Below, one piece after another: positions 1-10,597 of a DNA stretch of 64,000 nt. This stretch comes from Nostoc indistinguendum CM1-VF10 (GTDB lineage Bacteria; Cyanobacteriota; Cyanobacteriia; Cyanobacteriales; Nostocaceae). Location of the stretch: positions 5,482 to 69,481 of the forward strand of contig JAHHHS010000028.1 of assembly GCA_019359215.1 (NCBI GenBank), in the 5' to 3' direction. The stretch's first letter is position 1. The number at the start of each line of letters is the position of its first letter. The notes beneath the pieces were generated by a model, which saw nothing but the letters and a program-made list of their open reading frames with translations, was not told where the DNA came from and ran no database searches. Made by a program: the position numbers and the translations under genes.

Positions 1-79
1 CACTCACAATCCCCACTTATGAGTACATTGAAGGTGGGGACTTCCGCGACACGTAAAAAAAATTGACTCTCAACTATCA

Positions 80-1612
80 ATGGTGAACTCTACCCTCGTC
101 GTCACACTCTATGTCAACCCTATGACAGGGAATGATACCAATACTGGTTCACGGTTGAGTCCGTTTAAAACCCTCACCCGTGCTTTAAAAGTAACCAGAA
201 TACTTACGAGAATTCATCTTGAATCGGGGACTTACAGCGCTGCTAATGGTGAGGTGTTCCCACTGATCGTCCCTGAAGGGGCGACAGTGGTGGGTAACGA
301 AGCGAACAAAGGTATAGAGATTGTAATTTCCGGGAGTGGCGAGTATCAAAGCCCCAGCTTTGGTATGCAAAATATCACGCTTCTCTTACTAAATAATGCC
401 AGTCTTTTCGGTGTAACTGTCACGAATAACTCAGCCAAAGGTACTGGTATCTGGATTGAATCGGCTGCACCTACTTTAGCTAACAATACTTTGAAGGACT
501 GTGGGCGGGAAGGTGTATTTACCGCCGGCACTGCCAAATCGGTAATTTTAGATAACATATTTGTGCAAAATACTGCTAGTGGGCTAGTAATGGCAGGTCA
601 TAGCCAGGGAGAAGTACTGCGGAATCTATTTGAAAGAAACCCTTTAGGCATAGTAATTAGTGACTTTGCCGCCCCTGCGATCGCAAATAACAAATTATCA
701 GAAAATCGTACCGCGATCGCACTTTCTCGCAACGCCCAACCTGTACTGCGTCAAAATCTGATTGCTAAAAATACCCAAGGTGGTCTATTAGTCAATGGCA
801 ATGCCATCCCTGACTTAGGTAATACCGAAGATCCCGCCGATAATATTTTTCGTGATAATAATGAATTTGATTTATACAATGCCACTACACAAAAGCTAGT
901 TTCCGTAGGTAATCAATTAAATCCTGCTTTAGTCAAGGGCTTAGTCGAATTGATCCCAAGCAATGAAGTAGCGGTTAATACCAATTCCTGTGATGATCCA
1001 ACACAATCCCCATCGCAAAAACTCCCCACGTCTCTTCAACTAGATGGACATTGGGCAGAACCATTTATTCAGGCATTAGTGAGCATGGATTTAACTCATG
1101 CTTTTGCCGATGGTAGCTACCAGCCAGATAAACCTATGACTCGCGCCCAGTATGCAACTGTGGTAAAGATCGCTTTTAACCTATTTCCCAAAATCCCAGC
1201 ACCTGATTTTACCGATGTACCCAAAGATTTTTGGGCTTATAGCGCTATCCAAATCGCGGCTAGTGGTGGCTTTGTTGGCGGATTTAGCGATCGTACTTTT
1301 CGCCCTGACCAAAATGTGCAACGACTACAGGTGATTGTCTCCCTAGTAAACGGGCTGGGACTACCAGCTGTTGAGAGCGATATTTTAGAAGTATATAGCG
1401 ATCGCCATACCATTCCCGACTATGCCCGAAAAGCTGTTGCCACTGCCACACAAGGAGGAATAGTTGCCAACTATCCAGATCCCCAACTACTTGCACCTTC
1501 ACGTCCAGCAACACGCGCCGAAGTTGCAGCAATGGTTTATCAGGCATTAGTCGCCATTGGGCGAACATCTGCGATTAAATCAGCCTATGTGGGGTTGCAT
1601 TCTAGGAGTTGA
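80..1612 (+). CDS. Secreted parallel beta-helix (DUF1565 / pectin-lyase fold) protein with C-terminal S-layer homology (SLH) domains
   Basis: 510-aa ORF with ATG at 80. N-terminal LYVNP..GNDTNTGS..PFKTLTRAL motif and repeated N-rich beta-helix turns. C-terminal SLH-like segments (HWAEPFIQAL..DGSYQPDKPMTRAQYATVV; FWAYSAIQIAASGGFVGGFSDRTFRPDQNVQRLQ; TRAEVAAMVYQAL). Confidence 0.8.
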   Translation: MVNSTLVVTLYVNPMTGNDTNTGSRLSPFKTLTRALKVTRILTRIHLESGTYSAANGEVFPLIVPEGATVVGNEANKGIEIVISGSGEYQSPSFGMQNITLLLLNNASLFGVTVTNNSAKGTGIWIESAAPTLANNTLKDCGREGVFTAGTAKSVILDNIFVQNTASGLVMAGHSQGEVLRNLFERNPLGIVISDFAAPAIANNKLSENRTAIALSRNAQPVLRQNLIAKNTQGGLLVNGNAIPDLGNTEDPADNIFRDNNEFDLYNATTQKLVSVGNQLNPALVKGLVELIPSNEVAVNTNSCDDPTQSPSQKLPTSLQLDGHWAEPFIQALVSMDLTHAFADGSYQPDKPMTRAQYATVVKIAFNLFPKIPAPDFTDVPKDFWAYSAIQIAASGGFVGGFSDRTFRPDQNVQRLQVIVSLVNGLGLPAVESDILEVYSDRHTIPDYARKAVATATQGGIVANYPDPQLLAPSRPATRAEVAAMVYQALVAIGRTSAIKSAYVGLHSRS

Positions 1613-1720
1613 CAAGTAGAATAGGAAACACTGCCTATTGGCTTACTAACTCGTGGAAAAAAACCATGTAGTTAAAAGCACGCTAGGCTAATATGCGATG
1701 GGTGACAAATCTTAGACCTA

Positions 1721-2500
1721 TTGCTTAAAGCTAATAGTTCCATGTTAACAACACTTCCAGACACCTCTGCCAACTTAGCGATCGCCTTATTAATTAACTA
1801 TAGTTTCGATCTCAGTGGCTATACTGCCAATGAGCTAGTTGAGCGTTGGCAAACGCAATACCCGCTTAATTGGCTACACCTGGCAGTGATTGAGGCACTA
1901 TATCAAGGTCGCTATAAAGCTGTTTCCGTGCAGCAAATTTTAGTATTTTGGCAGCGCCGGGATCAGGCTACATATCATTTCAACATGGAATTTGAACGGA
2001 TGATTTGTAGCAAGTTTCCCCAAAGTTTAACCTCATCACCTGCTCCAGCCTTACCGCTAGCCAAGAAAAACCCTATTGTAGAGAAAGTTACGAGTCCTGA
2101 ATTACCACCTGCTAAGATTCGCAACGGCTATCAAAAAAACAATACTGCAACTCTACAACTGAAAAGTTACGAACAAAAAACATCTTTAGGTGAAGAAGGT
2201 AAGGAGGAAGCTAGGGACAATAAAACTGTCCTGAAGTCTCCCCTTTCTGGAAAATTTGCTTCTTCAGCAACGCTTCAGTTATCGTCTGCTGTCAGCCAAA
2301 GGCAAGCTTCACAAGAAATACCGCCTTCACCATCACCAATTCCTTATCAACGAAAGCCAAAACTGCTCCCACCTGCTCCTATTCATGCCCCAATCGGGCA
2401 GTTTACTCCAGAAAAAAGCGGTAGCTCTGAGTCTTTTACATCTAAACTCAAAGCGATGTCTGGCGAACGGAATACGCCAGTTGGAGGGAGTGGGGAGTAG
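1721..2500 (+). CDS. Hypothetical protein with Pro/Ser-rich C-terminal half
   Basis: 259-aa ORF (TTG 1721, first ATG 1742). Ordered-looking N-terminal half, low-complexity C-terminal half. The last codons run into an STRR tract. No family recognised. Confidence 0.5.
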   Translation: MLKANSSMLTTLPDTSANLAIALLINYSFDLSGYTANELVERWQTQYPLNWLHLAVIEALYQGRYKAVSVQQILVFWQRRDQATYHFNMEFERMICSKFPQSLTSSPAPALPLAKKNPIVEKVTSPELPPAKIRNGYQKNNTATLQLKSYEQKTSLGEEGKEEARDNKTVLKSPLSGKFASSATLQLSSAVSQRQASQEIPPSPSPIPYQRKPKLLPPAPIHAPIGQFTPEKSGSSESFTSKLKAMSGERNTPVGGSGE

Positions 2501-2545
2501 GGAGTGGGGGAAGAGGAGAAGGGGGACAAGGGGACAAAAAGAATA
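2484..2545. repeat. STRR-type heptamer tract (GGGGAGT / GGGGACA units)
   Basis: ggagggagtggggagtagggagtggggg..aagggggacaaggggacaa read directly. Lies between two convergent genes. Confidence 0.6.
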
Positions 2546-2571
2546 ACAATGCCCAATGCCCAATTAGGTTT

Positions 2572-4641
2572 TTATTCCGCAACTAACTGCTTAAAACGCT
2601 CATCATCGGCAATATCATCAAAATCTAAGTCAGTTGCTGCGTCTTCTTTATACCTGGGATTAAGTTCAATTGCTTGTTGTAGAGTTAGCAGAGATAGTTC
2701 AACTTGTCTTTGTAGTGCGTAACAGGCTGCTTTGTTGTAATAGGCACTGGCATAATCTGGCTTAATTTCTAACGCTTTGTTAAAACTAGCGATCGCTTCA
2801 TCATCGCGTCCCAATCTCACCAAAGTATAACCGCGTTTATCCCAGATTTTGGGAGAGTTGGGTTGGAATTGCAAGGCTTTATCAAAAGAAGCTATTGCCT
2901 CTTCGTATTGTTCCAATGTTACTAAAGAAAGACCGCGATTCAACCAAGCAATTGCATCATCAGGCTTGATTTGTGTAGCTTTGTCAAATGAGGTAAAGGC
3001 TTGCTGATGCTGTTGTAAGTTCCCAAAAGCAACGCCGCGATCGCACCAAGCTTGATGATAATCTGGTTGAATCTCAATAGCTCTATCATAGGAAGCGATC
3101 GCATCTTTGTAACGTTTCAACCTTCCGAGAGTTAGACCTCGTTTTAACCAAGCCACAGGTTCATCAGGTTTAATTTTAAGCGCTCGGTTGTAAGCTGCGA
3201 TCGCATCTTCATAGCGCCTTACAGAAAACAGTTCATCTCCCTGTTTTACATACTCATCAGCAGTGAATTCAGGTTGTTGTGGCTGTTCCTGTATTTCTTC
3301 CTCAACTTCATGATTCACCGCCTCTAGGATAGATTCAGGTGTAATTTCAGTTAGTTCTTGAAGTATGAGATCCTTTCTTTCTTGGGCATCCAATTGTAAC
3401 TCAGAGAGTTGAGAGACAAACTCAGTTTCTAATCTTTCTAACTTCTCCAAAATGAGAATTTTTTGTTGTTGAGCATTCCATTGTAAATCTGAGAATTGCG
3501 AACTAAACTCAGAACCAGATTTTTCTAAATTCTCAATAATTAACTCTTTGTGCTTTTGAGCATCTACTTGTAATTCCGATAGTTGTTCAGCAAAGTCTGA
3601 CTGTAATGCGGCTAAACTTTCAACAGTTTTATTTTTTTGCTCTTGAGCATCTACCTGTAATTTAGATAATTGAGATTTAAATTCTTTATTTAATATTCCA
3701 AAGCTCTCAAATGCAATCTCTTTTTCTTTTTGAGCATCTCTCTGGAATTCAGATATTTTTTCAGCAAATTCTAACTGCAATTTTGTTAGATTTTCAATAG
3801 CTATATCCTTTTGGCTTTGAGCATCAGACTGCCATTCAGAAAGTTGAGATGTGAACTCAGACCTTGATACTTCTAAATCAGTAACAGCTAGTTTTTGTTG
3901 TTGCTGCACGCCTAAACTTAACTTAGAAAGTTCCTCTGCCATCACAGATGCTAATTTTCCTAAATTTTCTAGTGCTATATCTTTTTGTTGTTGAGCATCA
4001 AGCTCTAACTTAGATAGCCTAGAAGCAAATTTTGATTCTAAATTTTCTATATTTTCTTGAGATTTTTTGAGTTCATTTTCTAATGTACTTAATACTTGTG
4101 CTTTAGCTATAGCTAACTCAGAAGTAAGGATGGATAAATTTTCTTCTTGCTCATTTTTAATTTTTTGTTGTAAAGCAGTCTTTTCCTGCTCTAATTCATG
4201 ATTAATTTTTTTAGCTTCTTGAATAACATTTTCAGCTTCTTGCTTAACAGTGGTTAGCTGATTTTGTAAATTTTCCATTCCGTGTATTTGTTGCATTGCA
4301 CTATCAACAATTTCACGGATTACCACCCGTCGCAGAAGCCAAAATAAAGCAATGATTGCGACTGGAAATAGACTTAATATAACTAGCCAGATATTAATTA
4401 AAATAGTTGTACGGTTAAAAGCCCTCTTTAAATCAGATTGAACTTGCTTTTCGGCTCGTAATCGCGTCAATTCTTCCCGTTCCTGATTCGATAAGACTGG
4501 AGTAGGATTTAGTGCTGGGGGGGCTAATGGTGCAGATTGTCCACTGGCAATAGTAGCAGGTAGCACTAAAGGAAAAAAGACAATAGTGCTTTTTACAATT
4601 AAAGCGAAAATAGCTTGATTTTTGCTCTTCATAACAACCAT
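2572..4641 (-). CDS. Membrane-anchored coiled-coil / TPR repeat protein
   Basis: 689-aa ORF. N-terminal hydrophobic segment plus a second TM near aa 80-105. Eight exact-period 29-residue repeats (aa 205-436). C-terminal run of about 6-7 TPR units (AIASYDRAIEIQPDYHQAW, AIASFDKALQFQPNSPKIW and similar). Confidence 0.85.
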   Translation of the reverse strand: MVVMKSKNQAIFALIVKSTIVFFPLVLPATIASGQSAPLAPPALNPTPVLSNQEREELTRLRAEKQVQSDLKRAFNRTTILINIWLVILSLFPVAIIALFWLLRRVVIREIVDSAMQQIHGMENLQNQLTTVKQEAENVIQEAKKINHELEQEKTALQQKIKNEQEENLSILTSELAIAKAQVLSTLENELKKSQENIENLESKFASRLSKLELDAQQQKDIALENLGKLASVMAEELSKLSLGVQQQQKLAVTDLEVSRSEFTSQLSEWQSDAQSQKDIAIENLTKLQLEFAEKISEFQRDAQKEKEIAFESFGILNKEFKSQLSKLQVDAQEQKNKTVESLAALQSDFAEQLSELQVDAQKHKELIIENLEKSGSEFSSQFSDLQWNAQQQKILILEKLERLETEFVSQLSELQLDAQERKDLILQELTEITPESILEAVNHEVEEEIQEQPQQPEFTADEYVKQGDELFSVRRYEDAIAAYNRALKIKPDEPVAWLKRGLTLGRLKRYKDAIASYDRAIEIQPDYHQAWCDRGVAFGNLQQHQQAFTSFDKATQIKPDDAIAWLNRGLSLVTLEQYEEAIASFDKALQFQPNSPKIWDKRGYTLVRLGRDDEAIASFNKALEIKPDYASAYYNKAACYALQRQVELSLLTLQQAIELNPRYKEDAATDLDFDDIADDERFKQLVAE

Positions 4642-5090
4642 CCGAGTCTGTTGGTCAGTTTTTGAAGCGGCGTGCCTCTTTCCAATCTATAACAGAATTA
4701 AGTAGTTAAATGTTGTAGAGGCAGTGAAAAATGCTTAATAATCCTTAACTAATGCGTTCCCTCGCCTCTTAGTGTACGTAAAACTTTAGTGATGGAATGC
4801 AGTCAATTTTTTAACATTCTTTTTGTGAGGTATTATTATAACATTGCCAAGTTGTAGCTACTGCCAAAGACTTCAAAACCCAAGCAGCACAAATAAAACT
4901 TATCAACCTGTGGATGACAGATTACAGGAACATCGACGCTTTCTTAAACTATTCACTGAATTAGGTTCTGGCTTTGTTCCTACAGATGACAGTATGCAAA
5001 GTGCAAGTTTGCTTACTTCGCACTAACATTAGATTATCTATGGTAAGCAGATTACTTGTTGTAAAATTTACTTAACAAAGGCGGTAAAAA

Positions 5091-5351
5091 ATGGGTCGCA
5101 TAAATCCTTATACACTACAATTGCAGATTACCCGAATGTTTGAGCAAGGGCAATCATTTTTTGCCACAACCAAGGTACAAGAATGGTTGAAAGAACGCAA
5201 ACATAATCCAGAAGATTATGAGATTATTTTCCATAAAAAGTCCGCGCCTCCTGGTTCAAAAGAAGTAATGGTAGTCGAAATTGAATTACGCCGTAAAGAT
5301 GGGCAACCTGTAGATCCTTGGTTGCAGGAACAAGCAAATCTCCATGCCTGA
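5091..5351 (+). CDS. Hypothetical small protein
   Basis: 86-aa ORF with ATG start in an AT-rich region. No recognisable motif. Confidence 0.35.
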   Translation: MGRINPYTLQLQITRMFEQGQSFFATTKVQEWLKERKHNPEDYEIIFHKKSAPPGSKEVMVVEIELRRKDGQPVDPWLQEQANLHA

Positions 5352-5580
5352 TTTTAGCAACTAGTACCGCAAGGAAATGCTGGTTTTGCCAGTGTCCATT
5401 ATGAGCGATTTGATGCACAATTGCCGATTGTTAGTCCTCATATTATCGGCGTAGCGACCAAATAAAAGAACTTTTAGGGGTTGCTGAATAAAAGTATGAA
5501 TATTTCACACACAGAAGCAAGTGTGTGGGGCAAATTCATATATTCACCCAGCAATGCCTCTTTTCTGGAAAAGTATTTAT

Positions 5581-6993
5581 TTAGGAATAGATATTATCTG
5601 TGCGATTGCCCATATCAAAAACATAAAATTCAATTCCGTCTAACTTCAGCCTCAAAGCCTCTAATAAAAGATTTACTCTTTCTTCAATAAAAATCGTTAG
5701 AGCGTTTTCAGGAAGCGCATCGGCTCTTGACCATTCAAGAATCATCGTTGGTATAAGATGAGAGCCTAGCACTGTTTCTAAATCAGAATCGTCATATTCT
5801 TTAAGATAATCTAATGGATTTTTATCGCTAATTTTTAAATTAGTTATTTGAGATAGATAGGCAATATTCATCAAGCTGTCACATTCTATTTGGCTAGCAA
5901 TGCCACTTTGGTTAATAAAGTTGACTGGAAATATATGGTGCAAGTTAGGCTTATCTGTTAGCAAATAATAGACATCAGACAAAATATCTCTATGAGGTTT
6001 TGCCCAATCTTGCGGTTTGTGGTTTGCATAAAGTGATAGTATTGCTCTGGATAAGCGACCTCTATAACTGTAGAAAGATTTTCTTATCGAATTCTTATCA
6101 ATATCAAATTTATTGAATGAGTAAGTACTATTAGCCTTTTGTTGATTAATAAAATATATATGTTCCCAGAGGTGAGTAGTGTTTGTTAGTAAATCTGCAT
6201 TATGAAAACTATAATACCAAAAATACTTATTTAAAAAACTATAATCTGGTTTATCATTCCGATAAAAATATGCTGTAATAGTCAGGTATAAATATCGGGA
6301 AGGGATTAATCTTCCACCTTTAATATGCAAAATATTATCAAAGAAATCAAAAGTTTTAGCAACGGCTATTTTAAAATTAGACCATACAGCTTCAATATGT
6401 TCTGTTTTTAGTTTATTAAGATACATATCGGTAATATTTTGTATCCCAGCTTCGGGAAATTCAAGTTTTACTACTACAGCTAGCATCTGTAGCAATGTCC
6501 AATTATCAATATTGGCGTATTGGCTACTAAAAATACTTTTTTTAAATTGATCAAATAATTCACGAAGATAGAACCCAGAGATATTATTCGTCTTATTTTC
6601 AGAACGGAAGGTCTTAGCAACCACAATATCAAAGATATCCAAAGGTTTGCCAGCTTGATTAATCCGCTCAAAAATTTGGCATACTTCCGCAACTTCAATA
6701 CCTCTCAACTCAATGAAAGAAATTTTATAACTATATAAGACTTCTCTAATCCTTCTCAATTGTTGCATATAGGGATTTTCAAAGTCACCGTATCCATTTT
6801 TATGAAGATTCCTTTCTATTTCACCAGGATTTTTAATAATATCTATTAAACTGACAATTAGTTTATCTTGATAAAGGTTTTTTCTCGCAGTATTTGCTGT
6901 AAGCTTGCCATCTCTATCATCGATTTCGTCCCAAAACAAAAACCTTTTTGCATAGCTTGTGTCATCAGTCGCATCAGTAAGTTTAATAGTCAA
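5581..6993 (-). CDS. DUF262/DUF1524 (GmrSD-like type IV restriction) family protein, apparently 5'-truncated
   Basis: 470-aa ORF starting at TTG. Has the distal DUF262 motif (IFERINQAGKPLDIFDIV) and a C-terminal His-Me-finger-like HHIFP..NIAYLSQITNLKISDKN. The N-terminal DGQQR part of DUF262 is absent. The frame is open only back to 7065, with no ATG. Strongly AT-rich. Confidence 0.65.
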   Translation of the reverse strand: MTIKLTDATDDTSYAKRFLFWDEIDDRDGKLTANTARKNLYQDKLIVSLIDIIKNPGEIERNLHKNGYGDFENPYMQQLRRIREVLYSYKISFIELRGIEVAEVCQIFERINQAGKPLDIFDIVVAKTFRSENKTNNISGFYLRELFDQFKKSIFSSQYANIDNWTLLQMLAVVVKLEFPEAGIQNITDMYLNKLKTEHIEAVWSNFKIAVAKTFDFFDNILHIKGGRLIPSRYLYLTITAYFYRNDKPDYSFLNKYFWYYSFHNADLLTNTTHLWEHIYFINQQKANSTYSFNKFDIDKNSIRKSFYSYRGRLSRAILSLYANHKPQDWAKPHRDILSDVYYLLTDKPNLHHIFPVNFINQSGIASQIECDSLMNIAYLSQITNLKISDKNPLDYLKEYDDSDLETVLGSHLIPTMILEWSRADALPENALTIFIEERVNLLLEALRLKLDGIEFYVFDMGNRTDNIYS

Positions 6994-7145
6994 GTCTATA
7001 TATAGTGTTGGATCAAAGTTTTCGTTATTAGCAATTTTACCCTTGCTCCCATGTATTGAATTTAATTAAGTGGCAACTCAGATTTTAGAAAATCTCTGCA
7101 ACCTTTCTTCCATGCCTACGTTGCCCTGTAAGCCTCCTGTGTGTA

Positions 7146-8036
7146 CTAGCAGTAAGGAGTCGCCTTTACAAAAAAATTCTGCTTTAGTAAATCCATCACT
7201 CCGTAAAACATTTTGGCGGTATATACGTAATCGAGGGGTACGCCATGTTCCTCTGTGAACTGCTGGCTGAATAGTAGTAACTCATCGTTCACCTTTGCAT
7301 AGCCGCCGAAGTGGTAATCACATACCAATTCCCAGGAAGCGGGAGAACTATATGGTGAGGGTAAACCAGAGGCGAGGTAATTTGTCAATAAACTTTTGAT
7401 TTCTGGTGCAAGAAATGCGCCATTTTTCAATACTGGAAAAGCGATCGCTCTTTGTCCTTCATGCAACGAAAGCGCAATACCTGCAAGTGTGGTAGCTGTA
7501 CCACAGGCTACGCATATATGATCAAATGCGTAGGCGTAGCCAGCCGTAGGCATCGCACGATCAATTATCTCTGTGCAGCCGCGCACACCATTTAAATTAC
7601 TTCCGCCTTCGGGAATGATAAACATCTCGCCGAAACGTTGTCGCAGATATTCCTCTAATGCTGGTGTGTTGCGCTGTCGATACATCTCGCGGTTCAGGTA
7701 CACAAGCTGCATACCCTGTTGTAGAGCAAAACTCAGCGTAGGATTCAACGGTAGCCTCTCCTCGCCACGAATTACGCCGATGGTGCGAAAACCGAAAAGA
7801 TTACCAGCCGCCGCAGTTGCATAGATGTGATTGGAATAAGCGCCGCCAAAGGTTAGCAGCGTTGTGAAATTTTTCTCTTTAGCGTCCAAAAGATTGTATT
7901 TCAGCTTGAACCACTTGTTGCCGTTAACCCACGGGTGCATGAGATCGAGGCGTAGTACATAGAGATCAACACCTGCGTTACGGGCGATTTTGCTGTTGAT
8001 TTGTTGTATGGGAGGAGCAATAAAGGTTAACGACAT
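7146..8036 (-). CDS. PLP-dependent ACC deaminase / D-cysteine desulfhydrase family protein
   Basis: 296-aa ORF. NGNKWFKLKYNL (PLP-lysine motif GNKxxKL), FGGAYSNH, IPEGGSN and ACGTATTLAG motifs typical of the family. Confidence 0.8.
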   Translation of the reverse strand: MSLTFIAPPIQQINSKIARNAGVDLYVLRLDLMHPWVNGNKWFKLKYNLLDAKEKNFTTLLTFGGAYSNHIYATAAAGNLFGFRTIGVIRGEERLPLNPTLSFALQQGMQLVYLNREMYRQRNTPALEEYLRQRFGEMFIIPEGGSNLNGVRGCTEIIDRAMPTAGYAYAFDHICVACGTATTLAGIALSLHEGQRAIAFPVLKNGAFLAPEIKSLLTNYLASGLPSPYSSPASWELVCDYHFGGYAKVNDELLLFSQQFTEEHGVPLDYVYTAKMFYGVMDLLKQNFFVKATPYC

Positions 8037-8256
8037 GTGTCAACATTCTAACTTAGAATTTACATTCTTTCACGCTCATTAGTGAACATAAAAGTAATGA
8101 TAAACATTGAGTAATTCAATGGTAAATCAATCAAAATGAGCAATAAATCTTTCTGATGATTAGCTTTAGAAATTGGCATTTTACTAATTGAGTATTTCAG
8201 GTAAATATAAGGAACATAACACTCGCTCCAGATAATATTCTTTTTGGAGAAAAGAA

Positions 8257-9987
8257 ATGGTTGCACTCACACAGCTTGCTCAAGTTATTCCCAATCCAGG
8301 ACGTTTGACGATTGAAACTGTTGAAATTGCTCCTCAAACTACAGCTATCCGTTGTCTCGACTGGGATCGAGAACGTTTTGATATCGAGTTTGGTTTACGG
8401 AATGGTACAACCTACAATTCTTTCTTAATTCAGGGAGAAAAAGTTGCTTTAGTTGACACATCTCACCGCAAGTTTGAAGAATTATATCTTGAGGTAGTGG
8501 CGGGATTAATTGATCCGGCGAAAATAGATTATTTGATTATTAGCCATACGGAACCAGACCACAGTGGCTTAGTGAAAGATATTTTGCAATTAGCTCCCTC
8601 CATTACTGTTGTCGGTGCAAAGGTGGCTATTCAATTTTTAGAAAATATGGTTCACCAGCCTTTTAAATCAATGCAGGTGAAAAGTGGAGAGCGATTAGAT
8701 TTAGGCAACGGACACGAATTAGAATTTATCTCTGCACCTAACTTACACTGGCCTGACACAATCTTGACTTATGATCACAAAACTTGCACTCTTTACACTT
8801 GCGATGTGTTTGGGATGCACTACTGTGATGACCACACCTATGATGAAAATATTACTTTAATAGAGGAAGATTTTCACTATTACTATGATTGTCTCATGGG
8901 TCCAAATGCCCGATCTGTCTTGGCAGCTTTAAAGCGGATTGAAAAGTTAGATATAAGAACAGTTGCCACGGGACATGGCCCTTTATTACAACACTATATC
9001 TCCGAATGGCTTGGACGCTATCAAAACTGGAGTTTAGAACAAGCAAAAACAGAGACATTAGTGGCTCTATTTTATGTTGAAGATTACGGGCATAGCGAAC
9101 ATTTAGTCCGTTCCATAGGGCATGGATGCGCGAAAACAGGGGTGGCAGTAGAATTAGTAGACCTCAATAGTGCCGAGCCTCAAGAAGTTCGAGAATTAGT
9201 TGCACAAGCCTCTGGTTTAGTAATTGCAATGCCAGCCCAATCTTCGGTGATGGCTCAAGCGGCTTTAAGTACAATTTTAGCTGCTGTTCACAAGAAGCAG
9301 GCGATTGGTTTATTAGAGTCAGGAGGTGGAGAAGATGAACCTGTTTATCCTTTACGTAATAAGTTTCAAGAACTGGGATTAACTGAAGCTTTTACTCCTA
9401 TCTTAGTTAAGGAAATTCCTACCCAAGCAACGGAACAACTTTGTGATGAAGCGGGGACAGATATGGGTCAATGGTTAACCCGCGATCGCACCATTAAACA
9501 AATCAAATCTATCAATACCGAGCTAGAAAAAGCTTTAGGGCGGATTAGCACAGGATTGTATATTATCACCGCCAAAAAAGGAGAAATTCAGAGCGCAATG
9601 TTTGCTTCTTGGGTGACACAAGCGAGTCTTGAGCCTTTAGGAGTAGCGATCGCAGTATCCAAAGATCGGGCAATTGAATCCTTGATGCACGTTGGCGATC
9701 GCTTTGTTTTAAATGTTTTAGAAGAAGGCAAATATCAAGGATTAATGAAACATTTTCTGAAGCGTTTTGCTCCAGGTGCAGACCGCTTTGCTGGAGTGAA
9801 AACATATCCAGCAAAAAATGAATCGCCCGTTTTAGCTGAAGCTTTAGCTTACATGGAATGTGAAATTACTAGCCGCATGGATTGTGGAGATCATTGGGTA
9901 ATTTATAGCACAGTCCAAACTGGAAGAGTTGCGAATCTACATGCACTTACTGCCGCTCATCACCGCAAAATTGGCAATCATTACTAA
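8257..9987 (+). CDS. flv4: Flavodiiron protein Flv4 (metallo-beta-lactamase + flavodoxin + flavin reductase domains)
   Basis: 576 aa. Canonical diiron ligand motif SHTEPDHSG (H-x-E-x-D-H) and a C-terminal flavin-reductase-like domain. First gene of a flv4 / small membrane protein / flv2 arrangement, as in Synechocystis sll0217-0219. Confidence 0.85.
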   Translation: MVALTQLAQVIPNPGRLTIETVEIAPQTTAIRCLDWDRERFDIEFGLRNGTTYNSFLIQGEKVALVDTSHRKFEELYLEVVAGLIDPAKIDYLIISHTEPDHSGLVKDILQLAPSITVVGAKVAIQFLENMVHQPFKSMQVKSGERLDLGNGHELEFISAPNLHWPDTILTYDHKTCTLYTCDVFGMHYCDDHTYDENITLIEEDFHYYYDCLMGPNARSVLAALKRIEKLDIRTVATGHGPLLQHYISEWLGRYQNWSLEQAKTETLVALFYVEDYGHSEHLVRSIGHGCAKTGVAVELVDLNSAEPQEVRELVAQASGLVIAMPAQSSVMAQAALSTILAAVHKKQAIGLLESGGGEDEPVYPLRNKFQELGLTEAFTPILVKEIPTQATEQLCDEAGTDMGQWLTRDRTIKQIKSINTELEKALGRISTGLYIITAKKGEIQSAMFASWVTQASLEPLGVAIAVSKDRAIESLMHVGDRFVLNVLEEGKYQGLMKHFLKRFAPGADRFAGVKTYPAKNESPVLAEALAYMECEITSRMDCGDHWVIYSTVQTGRVANLHALTAAHHRKIGNHY

Positions 9988-10036
9988 ATTGGGCATTGGG
10001 CATCGGTTATTAGTCATTAGGCTCCTTACTCCCCAC

Positions 10037-10056
10037 AGACGCGATGAATCGCGTCT
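10037..10056. repeat. Dispersed hairpin repeat (AGACGCGAT..ATCGCGTCT family)
   Basis: agacgcgatgaatcgcgtct forms an 8-bp stem. The same family occurs at 29377, 29839, 57020 and 62767. Confidence 0.6.
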
Positions 10057-10079
10057 CTACAACACACTCCTAAAAAACT

Positions 10080-10592
10080 ATGTATAAATCTGTTGAAAAT
10101 ACCCCGATTACCATGTACGAAATCAATCGTGGGCGCGTCGTGCGAACCTTGGAATTTATCCAAGATCTGATTGTAATTTCTTTGTGTATCGGTTTATTTA
10201 GCTTCATGGTGCTTCAGGTGAGAGATATGTTTCTCTCCTTACTCCCGCCTCTAGATTTTCATGCTGTTACTGCCGATATTCTCTTTTTACTTATCTTAGT
10301 TGAGCTATTCCGACTGCTGATTATTTATTTACAGGAACATCGAGTATCTATTGGAGTAGCTGTTGAAGTTTCCATCGTTTCCGCTTTGCGAGAAGTCATT
10401 GTTAAAGGTGTTCTAGAAACAAGTTGGAGTCAAGTTTTAGCAACTTGTGCCTTTTTATTAGTCTTGGGAGTACTATTGTTCCTCCGAGTTTGGCTACCCC
10501 CTACCTTTGAAGGTATCGATCCCGAACAAGAAGTATCTAAACGCTATAGAAGCCGAGCCAAGTCTGAATTAATACAAAACAATGGTCATTAA
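10080..10592 (+). CDS. Sll0218-like small membrane protein of the flv4-flv2 operon
   Basis: 170 aa with about 4 hydrophobic helices. Sits between the two flavodiiron genes exactly as sll0218 does in Synechocystis. Confidence 0.7.
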   Translation: MYKSVENTPITMYEINRGRVVRTLEFIQDLIVISLCIGLFSFMVLQVRDMFLSLLPPLDFHAVTADILFLLILVELFRLLIIYLQEHRVSIGVAVEVSIVSALREVIVKGVLETSWSQVLATCAFLLVLGVLLFLRVWLPPTFEGIDPEQEVSKRYRSRAKSELIQNNGH

Positions 10593-10597
10593 AAAGA

